Shown here: positions 18,840-26,681 of the stretch, piece after piece | How the letters are laid out: every line of letters begins with the position of its first letter | Numbering within the stretch: the stretch's first letter is position 1 | Source: Lentisphaerota bacterium | Lineage (GTDB): Bacteria > Verrucomicrobiota > Kiritimatiellia > UBA8416 > JAIOPI01 | Length of the DNA: 64,000 nt | Reading direction: 5' to 3' | Assembly (NCBI GenBank): GCA_021413965.1 | Contig: JAIOPI010000003.1 | Span: 22,515-86,514 of the forward strand | Program-made: the position numbers and the translations under genes | The notes under the pieces: generated by a model | What the model saw: the letters and a program-made list of their open reading frames with translations, nothing else | What the model was told of the DNA's origin: nothing | Database searches by the model: none

Positions 18840-20156
18840 GTGAACGCTGCGACCCTGGGGGTGCGTGCTGCGGCACGCGTGTGCGTGGCCGTGCTCTGCC
18901 TGCTGGCGGGCGCGACGGCGGCCAGGGCGAACGTGCCATTCACGCAGAGCTGGAGCCCGCACAACCGTGAGCGGCCGGTGCGGCAGTCGACGCTCTACAT
19001 CATCCTGCACACCACGGAAGGTCCGGCCCCGGGTTCGCTGCAGAAGCTGCGCGACAACGGGGAGGCCAACTTCTTCGTCGATCCGACCGGTCGCATTTAC
19101 GCCATCATTGACCGGCGGCGGGTGGCCCTGCACGCCGGCCGCAGCATGTGGCGGGGGCGGACGAACATGGACGAGGTATCGATCGGGATCGAAGTGGCGG
19201 GCTACTACTACCAGAACCTCACGGCGCCGCAATACACGTCGCTGCGGGCGCTGTTGACGGAATTGCAGGCCCAGTACGGGATTGCGGATGCGAACGTGCT
19301 CACGCATTCGATGGTCGCCTACGGGGCCCCGAACCGCTGGCACCGGCGTTCGCATCGCGGCCGAAAGCGCTGCGGCATGTTATTCGCCTCGTCCGCGGTC
19401 CGGCAGAAGCTGGGCCTGACGGACCAGCCTTCCTACGATCCCGACGTGCGGGCCGGGCGGTTGGTGGTGGGGGATCCCTACCTGGCCCAGAAGCTGTACA
19501 GCGGGTCATCGTCGAAAGCGATCGCATCTGCGTCGGTCATGCCCGCCGCATCGTCGTCGCGGTCGCGCGCCAAGCCGGCTCCGGTGGTCCCGGCCGCGGT
19601 CGCGACGGCGATGCCGCCTCCGGGCGAGGGCATGCTGATCACGGCCAATCGGTCGGCGTGGGACGTGGCGCGCGACATGTACAACGAGCCGACCACCCGG
19701 TACGTGTTTCCGGACGGCAAGGTGGCGAATGGCAACCAGATCCGCAACTGGAAGTCGATTCCGCCGGGCACGCGCGTCATCATCGCGGCGAGTGAGAGCG
19801 AGAACAGCGAGGAGCGCCTGCAGCGGATCGGGCGGGACGGGGACACGGCGCGCGAGGTGGCCGGGGATGAATTCAACACGGCGCGCACCATTTATTTTCT
19901 CAAGGACGGCCGCATTCGCACGGGCGCGGAGCTGGCCGCGGCGGAGTTGGATGCCCTGCCGGCGGAGACCGGCATGCTGGTGGGCTACGCGCAGGGAGGC
20001 GCCATCACGGCCAAGCGGCGGGCCTTCGACGTGTGCGGGGTCAAGTGGAACAACCCCTCGACTTTCTACCGGTTTCCGGATGGCAGCATTCAATCCGGCG
20101 CGCAGGTTCGGGAGAATGCGATTCCGCTGGGGACGCAGGTCTTCTTCCGCAATTGA
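18840..20156 (+). CDS. Secreted N-acetylmuramoyl-L-alanine amidase (Amidase_2/PGRP fold) with two C-terminal ~60-aa repeats
   Basis: Signal peptide; LYIILHTTEG...NFFVDPTGRIYAI...ALHAG...SIGIEVAG; tandem repeats RYVFPDGKVANGNQIRNWKSIPPGTRVIIA and FYRFPDGSIQSGAQVRENAIPLGTQVFF; GTG start with GGAGGGGG upstream. Confidence 0.75.
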   Translation: MNAATLGVRAAARVCVAVLCLLAGATAARANVPFTQSWSPHNRERPVRQSTLYIILHTTEGPAPGSLQKLRDNGEANFFVDPTGRIYAIIDRRRVALHAGRSMWRGRTNMDEVSIGIEVAGYYYQNLTAPQYTSLRALLTELQAQYGIADANVLTHSMVAYGAPNRWHRRSHRGRKRCGMLFASSAVRQKLGLTDQPSYDPDVRAGRLVVGDPYLAQKLYSGSSSKAIASASVMPAASSSRSRAKPAPVVPAAVATAMPPPGEGMLITANRSAWDVARDMYNEPTTRYVFPDGKVANGNQIRNWKSIPPGTRVIIAASESENSEERLQRIGRDGDTAREVAGDEFNTARTIYFLKDGRIRTGAELAAAELDALPAETGMLVGYAQGGAITAKRRAFDVCGVKWNNPSTFYRFPDGSIQSGAQVRENAIPLGTQVFFRN

Positions 20157-20188
20157 CAGGGCCAGCCGCTTCCAGTAGTAGCGACATC

Positions 20189-20740
20189 ATGTCAGTGAAG
20201 GAATATGTCGGTCCCGAGGCGCTTCTGCGCGGGGCGTTTCAGCTGGCGGCCAAGATTTACCACTCCGGCTTTCGTCCCGACGTTCTGCTGGTGGTCTGGC
20301 GGGGAGGCACCCCCATTGGCATTGTGATCCACGAGTTCCTGCTCTACAAGGGCATCCAGACGTACCATGCCGCGCTGAAGGCCGAATCATACACGGGGAT
20401 CGAGCAGCAGGTGGAGCCGCGCATCGAGCATCTCGAATCGGTCATGCAGTTCGTCACCCCGCAGAGCCGCGTGTTGCTGATCGATGATATTTTCGACACG
20501 GGCCGCACACTGGCGAAAGTGCGCCGCTTGCTGCTGGCGCGCACGAGCGAGGTGCGCATCGCGACGTTGTACTACAAGGAAGACAAGAATCTGACGGACA
20601 TCGTACCGGATTACTACCTGCGCAAGACGTCCAACTGGATTGTTTTTCCGCACGAACTGATGGACCTCACGCTTGACGAGGTACGCCAGAAGGATCCGTA
20701 CATCTACCGCCTCGTCCAGGGCGAGTTGCCAGCGGAATGA
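20189..20740 (+). CDS. Purine phosphoribosyltransferase (xanthine-guanine/hypoxanthine PRT-like)
   Basis: PRPP-binding motif VLLIDDIFDTGRTL; 183 aa; ATG at 20189 (MSVKEYVGPEAL); the longer track ORF overlaps the amidase gene. Confidence 0.7.
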   Translation: MSVKEYVGPEALLRGAFQLAAKIYHSGFRPDVLLVVWRGGTPIGIVIHEFLLYKGIQTYHAALKAESYTGIEQQVEPRIEHLESVMQFVTPQSRVLLIDDIFDTGRTLAKVRRLLLARTSEVRIATLYYKEDKNLTDIVPDYYLRKTSNWIVFPHELMDLTLDEVRQKDPYIYRLVQGELPAE

Positions 20741-20940
20741 CACGCGGGTAGGGGGACTGCGAGGGCCGGGCGCGCGATTCCCGGCGGTCGGATCACCCTC
20801 GATTGGTCAACTCCTGTACACTTGGCGCGAAACTGGACACCGGCTCTCGACTGGCGTTGCCCGCATGGGCGACGGGCGCGTGCGCGATTCATCCGATCTG
20901 GCGCGGGGAATCGCGGTACGAGCGATGCGACACCCTCTTT

Positions 20941-21198
20941 GGCATGCGTCCTGCTGTGGCACGATTGAGAACGTGCAGCAGGAGGACACTCATTAGCTTC
21001 ATTTCATACGTCATTCGGTGCAACGCGTGCGGCAAGACGCAGGTGGATGACGAGTGGGTCGCCATTAAATCCGTTCACGACGCGTCGGGCTCCGCGTGTG
21101 CGTATGGCTACTGCCCGCCTTGTTTCGATGCGGTGCTAGACAATCTCCAGCAATCGCAGGACGAGCTTACCGAACTGCTTGCGCGACACGACGCGTAG
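20941..21198 (+). CDS. Putative small zinc-ribbon protein (CxxC...CxxC)
   Basis: C-terminal part RCNACGKTQVDDEWVAIKS...CAYGYCPPCFDAV has two CxxC pairs; start is uncertain (an AGGAGG occurs inside the ORF before an ATT codon); sits in a lower-GC patch upstream of ileS. Confidence 0.3.
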   Translation, partial: GMRPAVARLRTCSRRTLISFISYVIRCNACGKTQVDDEWVAIKSVHDASGSACAYGYCPPCFDAVLDNLQQSQDELTELLARHDA

Positions 21199-21364
21199 CA
21201 TCGGTAGCTCTCATCACGGGTGCGCGGTTGACCAGCGACAGCGGGTCCTGGCGAACGCATGCCTACCAGAGCGGCCTTCCTCATCGCTCATTCCTCGTCT
21301 GCCTTGCGGCGGGCTTGATTGAGGGCGGTGCATGGTGTAACGTAAATCGTTTCGCGTGAACACT

Positions 21365-24300
21365 ATGTACAAGCCAGTTTCCAGCAAGTCGAATTTCGCC
21401 GAGATCGAGCGCGACGTGCTCGCGGTTTGGAAGGCGAGCAACACCTTCCAGCGTTCGCTCGATCAGCGCCGTCAGGCGCCCGAATTTGTGTTTTACGACG
21501 GGCCTCCCTTTGCCACGGGGACGCCGCACTACGGGCACCTGCTGGCCGGGACGATCAAGGACATTGTGCCGCGCTACCAGACGATGCGCGGGCACTTTGT
21601 GGATCGCCGGTTTGGCTGGGACTGCCATGGCCTGCCGGTGGAATACGAGGTCGAGCAGGACCTTGGGATCAGCGGCAAGACGGATATCGAGACGATGGGG
21701 GTGGGGGTTTTCAACGAGCGCTGCCGCAGCATTGTGCTGCGCTACACGCGGGAGTGGCGTGAGACGGTTACGCGCATGGGCCGGTGGGTGGATTTCGACC
21801 GCGACTACAAGACCATGGAACCCACCTACATGGAGTCCATTTGGTGGGTGTTCAAGTCGCTGTGGGACAAGGGGCTGATCTACGAGGGGCAGAAGATCCT
21901 GCCGTACTGCCCGCGCTGCGCCACGCCGCTTTCGAACTTTGAAACGAACCAGGGTTACAAGGACGTCACCGATCCGGCAATCACCGTGCGCTTCAAGCTC
22001 GACGACGAGCCCAACGCATATGTGTTGGCGTGGACGACGACGCCGTGGACGCTGCCATCCAACATGGCGCTGGCGGTGGGGTCTGAGATTGACTATGTGC
22101 GGGTGGAGGACGGGGAGGACGTGTACTACCTGGCCGAGGCGCGGCTGGCGAGCTATTACAAGTCGGAGAAGGATTACCGCGGGCTACGGAGGCTAAAGGG
22201 GCGGGAACTGGTGGGGCGCACGTACGAGCCACTGTTTCCGTATTTTGCCGAGCACAAGGCCAGCGGGGCGGCTTTTCGCATTGTGGCGGCGGACTTTGTC
22301 ACGACGGAAGACGGCACCGGTGTGGTGCATATGGCGCCGGGCTTTGGCGAGGATGACGCGCGGGTGGGGGCCATCGAGAAGTTGCCGGCGGTGTGTCCGC
22401 TGGATGCCGAAGGCAAGTTCACGTCCGAGGTGCCGGACTACGTGGGCCGCGGGGTGAAGGACGCCGACGCCGACATCATGGCGCGCCTCAAGCGCGAGCA
22501 CAAGCTGGTGCATCGCGATCAGATCACGCACAGCTATCCGCACTGCTGGCGCTGCGACACGGCGCTCCTCTACCGCGCGATCTCGACCTGGTTCGTCAGA
22601 GTCGAGTCGCTGCGGGAGCGGCTGCTGGCGGCGAACAGCCAGATCCGGTGGGTGCCGGAACATCTGCGCGACGGGCGGTTCGGCAAGTGGCTGGAAGGCG
22701 CGCGAGACTGGGCCATCTCGCGCAACCGTTACTGGGGCACACCGCTGCCGATCTGGCGCAGCGAGGACGGCAGCGAAGTGGAATGCATCGGCTCGATTCG
22801 CGAGCTCGAGGAGCGTTCGGGGGCGAAGGTCACCGATCTTCACAAGCATTTTGTGGACGGGCTGGAATTGCCGTCGCGGCAGGGCAAGGGCACGCTCAAG
22901 CGCATTCCGGAGGTGTTGGACTGCTGGTTTGAGAGCGGGGCCATGCCCTACGCGCAGGCGCACTATCCGTTTGAGAACAAGGAACACTTCGAGGCGCATT
23001 TCCCGGCTGATTTCATTGCCGAAGGATTGGATCAGACGCGCGGCTGGTTCTACACGCTGATGGTGCTGTCCGTGGCGCTGTTCGACCGGCCGGCGTTTCG
23101 CAACGTGGTGGTCAACGGGCTGGTGCTGGCCGAGGACGGCCGGAAGATGAGCAAGCGCCTGAAGAACTACCCCGACCCGGCGTACATGATCGAGACGTAC
23201 GGAGCTGACGCGCTGCGGCTGTACTTGATCTATTCGCCCGTGGTGCGTGCGGAGGACTTGCGCTTTTCTGAAGAGGGCGTGAAGCACCTGATGCGCAGCA
23301 TTGTCATTCCCTTGTGGAATGCCTACAGCTTCTTCGTGACCTACGCGAACGTGGATGGCTGGCAAGCGGGGTCGGCGGGGGCGGGTTCAGGGGGCCGGCG
23401 GTCGGAGCATGTGCTCGACCGGTGGATCATCAGCTCACTGGAGACCTTGCTGGACCGGGTGGTGTCGGCGCTGGACGCGTACGACCTGCAGCGCGCGGTG
23501 CGGCCGTTCGTGCAGTTCGTCGAGGACCTGACCAACTGGTACATCCGCCGCAGCCGGCGGCGATTCTGGAAGTCTCAGGACGATGCGGACAAGCAGCAGG
23601 CCTACGAGACACTGAACTACGTGCTGCTCCAGTTGTCCAAGGTGGCGGCGCCGTTCATGCCGTTCCTGAGCGACAGCATCTACATGAACCTGCGGACGCC
23701 GGACATGCCGGAGTCGGTGCACCTCTGCGACTTCCCCAAGGCGAACCAGGCGCAGCGTGATCCGGAACTCGAGGCGGAGATGGCGGACGTGATGACGGCG
23801 GTGCAGCTGGGGCGAACGCTGCGCGCGGCGCACGATCTGAAGGTGCGGCAGCCGCTGGCGACGATGCACGTTGTGTCGCGCAATGCCAAGACGCGGGAGC
23901 GCATCTTGGTGTTGCGGGATCTTGTGGCGGACGAGCTCAATGTGAAGGCGGTGACCTTCGGGGAGCACGAGACGGATTTGGCGACGCTCAAGGCGAAGCC
24001 GGACTTCAAGGTGCTCGGGCCCCGTCTGGGCCCCAAGGTGAAAGAGGCCGCGAAGGCGATTGCGGCGCTCGATTCGGCCACCCTGGAACGGCTGGCGAGC
24101 GGGCAGCCGGTGGACGTGGCATTGAGCGGGGGCGTGACGGTGACGCTCGTCGCGGGCGATGTGGTGATCGAGCGCACGCCGCTGCCGGGGATGGTGGTGG
24201 CGGCGGAGGGCGACCTGGTGGTGGCGCTTGAGACGAAGCTCGACGACGCGCTGATCCGCGAAGGGCTGGTGCGGGAGTTCGTCAACAAGGTCCAGAACAT

Positions 24301-24511
24301 GCGCAAGACGACGGGGCTGGATGTGGCGGATCGCATACGCGTGTCCTACGCGGCGGGCGAGGCGTTGCGGGCGGCGCTGGAAGAGCATGTGGACTACGTG
24401 AATGCCGAGATTCTGAGCCTCGGGACGGCGGCGTGCGCCGATGCGGGTGCAGGCGCCGAAGCGTGGGACATCAACGGTCATCCGTGCCGGATTCAGATCG
24501 TCAAGGCGTAG
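21365..24511 (+). CDS. ileS: Isoleucyl-tRNA synthetase (type 2, ~1050 aa)
   Basis: Class I HIGH region PFATGTPHYGHLL, KMSKS as KMSKRLKN, CP1 editing domain, Zn-binding CPRC/CWRC; start at ATG 21365 (MYKPVSS) rather than the upstream GTG at 21356. Confidence 0.95.
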   Translation: MYKPVSSKSNFAEIERDVLAVWKASNTFQRSLDQRRQAPEFVFYDGPPFATGTPHYGHLLAGTIKDIVPRYQTMRGHFVDRRFGWDCHGLPVEYEVEQDLGISGKTDIETMGVGVFNERCRSIVLRYTREWRETVTRMGRWVDFDRDYKTMEPTYMESIWWVFKSLWDKGLIYEGQKILPYCPRCATPLSNFETNQGYKDVTDPAITVRFKLDDEPNAYVLAWTTTPWTLPSNMALAVGSEIDYVRVEDGEDVYYLAEARLASYYKSEKDYRGLRRLKGRELVGRTYEPLFPYFAEHKASGAAFRIVAADFVTTEDGTGVVHMAPGFGEDDARVGAIEKLPAVCPLDAEGKFTSEVPDYVGRGVKDADADIMARLKREHKLVHRDQITHSYPHCWRCDTALLYRAISTWFVRVESLRERLLAANSQIRWVPEHLRDGRFGKWLEGARDWAISRNRYWGTPLPIWRSEDGSEVECIGSIRELEERSGAKVTDLHKHFVDGLELPSRQGKGTLKRIPEVLDCWFESGAMPYAQAHYPFENKEHFEAHFPADFIAEGLDQTRGWFYTLMVLSVALFDRPAFRNVVVNGLVLAEDGRKMSKRLKNYPDPAYMIETYGADALRLYLIYSPVVRAEDLRFSEEGVKHLMRSIVIPLWNAYSFFVTYANVDGWQAGSAGAGSGGRRSEHVLDRWIISSLETLLDRVVSALDAYDLQRAVRPFVQFVEDLTNWYIRRSRRRFWKSQDDADKQQAYETLNYVLLQLSKVAAPFMPFLSDSIYMNLRTPDMPESVHLCDFPKANQAQRDPELEAEMADVMTAVQLGRTLRAAHDLKVRQPLATMHVVSRNAKTRERILVLRDLVADELNVKAVTFGEHETDLATLKAKPDFKVLGPRLGPKVKEAAKAIAALDSATLERLASGQPVDVALSGGVTVTLVAGDVVIERTPLPGMVVAAEGDLVVALETKLDDALIREGLVREFVNKVQNMRKTTGLDVADRIRVSYAAGEALRAALEEHVDYVNAEILSLGTAACADAGAGAEAWDINGHPCRIQIVKA

Positions 24512-24658
24512 GCGCGCGTGGGACGTGGACGGGAACAGCCCTGACGGGCTTAACTACGAGCGTCGGCCATGCGAGGAAGACGGGCGACGTTAGCGCCGTG
24601 AGGCGCGTTCTCACACGAACGGCGGGGACCGCCGTCTCCAGGCGGCCGGGGCGGGACG

Positions 24659-25399
24659 ATGCAGGTCGCGACAAAGCGCTGCTCTATTTTTCAATGGGTT
24701 GGGCTCGCCCTTGTGCTGACAGCGGCGGGTGTGGCGGCACCTGAACCTGGCGGCGAGGCGGTGCTGGTATTGCACGGTCTGGCGCGCTCGAGCCACAGCA
24801 TGCAGCGCATGGAGACGGCGCTTGCGGAGGCCGGCTTCGACGTTTACCCGGTCGCCTATCCTTCGCGTGAGAAGACGGTGGAGGCGTTGTCGCGGGAGGA
24901 CTTGGCGGCGGCCGTGGAGGCGTGCCAAAGCAATCGGCCGGCGCGGATACATTTCGTATCACATTCGCTGGGCGGAATCATCATCCGGCACTATCTGGGC
25001 GAGCACCGCCTGACGAATCTGGGGCGGGTGGCGATGCTGGGGCCGCCGAACCAGGGCAGCGAAGTGGTGGATACGCTGGGGCACCTGACGCTATTCGAAT
25101 GGATCAACGGGCCGGCCGGGTTGCAACTCGGTACGGCGTCGAACGGATTCTTACGTATGCTACAGGTGCCTGAGGCCGACGTCGGGGTGATTGCGGGAAC
25201 ACGATCCATCAACTTGATTCTGTCGACCTTCATTCCCGGTCCGGACGATGGGAAAGTCGGCGTGGAGCATGCGAAGTTGGACGGGATGGCGGACTTCAAG
25301 GCGGTGCCGACAGCGCATCCGTTTCTGATGAACGATCCCGACGTTATTGCGATGACGATTCGGTTTTTGCGGACGGGCCAGTTCGAGGAGCGGCGGTGA
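24659..25399 (+). CDS. Secreted alpha/beta-hydrolase (lipase/esterase-like)
   Basis: Signal peptide; nucleophile elbow HFVSHSLGG (GxSxG); HGL oxyanion region VLVLHGL. Confidence 0.7.
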   Translation: MQVATKRCSIFQWVGLALVLTAAGVAAPEPGGEAVLVLHGLARSSHSMQRMETALAEAGFDVYPVAYPSREKTVEALSREDLAAAVEACQSNRPARIHFVSHSLGGIIIRHYLGEHRLTNLGRVAMLGPPNQGSEVVDTLGHLTLFEWINGPAGLQLGTASNGFLRMLQVPEADVGVIAGTRSINLILSTFIPGPDDGKVGVEHAKLDGMADFKAVPTAHPFLMNDPDVIAMTIRFLRTGQFEERR

Positions 25400-26519
25400 G
25401 CAGCGCTTCGGCCGCTTGCACGACGTCGGCCACGGCGATGCCGGTCATGCAGGGGATTTTCCGGCAGAGCTTGTGATAGCCGAAGATGGAGCAGGGGGCG
25501 CAGGGCAGGTCGCGGCGGATGACGCGGTGGCGCTCCGTGGGGCGGCTCCACTTGTGGCGATCGCTGGGGCCGAAGAGGATCAGCGTCGGGCGCGCGAGGG
25601 CCACCGCCAGGTGTCCGAGACCGGAATCGCCGCCGATAAACAGCGTTGAGGCCTGCAGGATGGCGGCGGTCTGCATGAGCGTCATGGTGCTGACGGCATT
25701 AATGATGCGATCCGCGGGCAAGCCGTAGGCGAGGGACTGCGCCTGGGCCAGCTCCGCCTGGCCGCCGACGAGCACGATCCCACAGCCGCGCTCCAGCAAT
25801 TCACGAATCAGGTGGCGGAACTTTTCAGGGCCCCACTGTTTGTAGGGATCGCTGCTGCCCGGGCTGAGGGCGACCAGGGGGCCGGCGCGGCGCAGTGCGG
25901 ACACGCTGGACGGGACCTGGGCATCGAGGGGCGGGGTGACGTCGGCGAGTACGCCATCAAGGTGAGGGTGGGAGAGGGGGACGCCGAGGGGGCGCAGGAG
26001 GCGGGCGAACTGGTCGAGCTCGTAGCCGTCGATGTCGTAGCTGACGAGGTGGGTGTAGAGGGAGAGGCGGGCGGGGTTGATGCGAAAGCCGACGCGCACG
26101 GGGGCGCCGCTCATCCAGGCCATGATGGCGGAGAAGTTGTGGAACTGTTCGGTGTCGAGCACGACGTCGTACCGGGTGGAGCCGAGGCTGAAGATGCGGT
26201 GGGGTGTGGCGTCGTAGAGGATGGCCCGGCCTTCGAGTCCGGCGAGTTTGAGGACGTCGGCATTGCGCCGCTCGCAGATGATGTCGATTTCGAGATCGGG
26301 GCGGGCGCTGCGGAGGGAACGGATCACGGGCAGGAGCATGAGCAGGTCGCCCATGCCACCGGGGCGGATGATGAGCACGCGGCGGACGGATTCGGGGGCG
26401 GGATCGGGGGCGAGCTCGGGGCGTCCGGTGTAGTGGCGCGCGCGGCCGATGAGCTTGCAGAGGAGATAGCCGGCCGTGGCATCGAGGCGCTTCAGCGTGG
26501 CGCTAGATATGAGGGCCAT
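25344..26519 (-). CDS. Glycosyltransferase family 9 (ADP-heptose:LPS heptosyltransferase-like)
   Basis: VLIIRPGGMGDLLMLLPVIRSLR...; C-terminal GT-B half ...FIGGDSGLGHLAVALARPTLILFGPS; start placed at internal ATG M25 (~26519); the track ORF starts 26591. Confidence 0.8.
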   Translation of the reverse strand: MALISSATLKRLDATAGYLLCKLIGRARHYTGRPELAPDPAPESVRRVLIIRPGGMGDLLMLLPVIRSLRSARPDLEIDIICERRNADVLKLAGLEGRAILYDATPHRIFSLGSTRYDVVLDTEQFHNFSAIMAWMSGAPVRVGFRINPARLSLYTHLVSYDIDGYELDQFARLLRPLGVPLSHPHLDGVLADVTPPLDAQVPSSVSALRRAGPLVALSPGSSDPYKQWGPEKFRHLIRELLERGCGIVLVGGQAELAQAQSLAYGLPADRIINAVSTMTLMQTAAILQASTLFIGGDSGLGHLAVALARPTLILFGPSDRHKWSRPTERHRVIRRDLPCAPCSIFGYHKLCRKIPCMTGIAVADVVQAAEALLTAAPRTGPSAKTESSSQ

Positions 26520-26681
26520 GCGAGGGAGCGTAAGGTGTTGAGGGGGAAGAATCAAGGTTGAGGGTGGGGGTGAAGGTTGGAAGCGCAACATGAGGCGAGC
26601 AAGCCGCGGCTCGTCGGGACGACTCGCCCCACCTCCGGAAGTCCGCGGACAAAGCCAACGACGATACGCGGCTTCTGAAAC

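Noticed and set aside
20033-20188. Upstream extension of the phosphoribosyltransferase ORF
   Set aside because: Overlaps the 3' end of the amidase gene; the PRT fold starts at the ATG at 20189.
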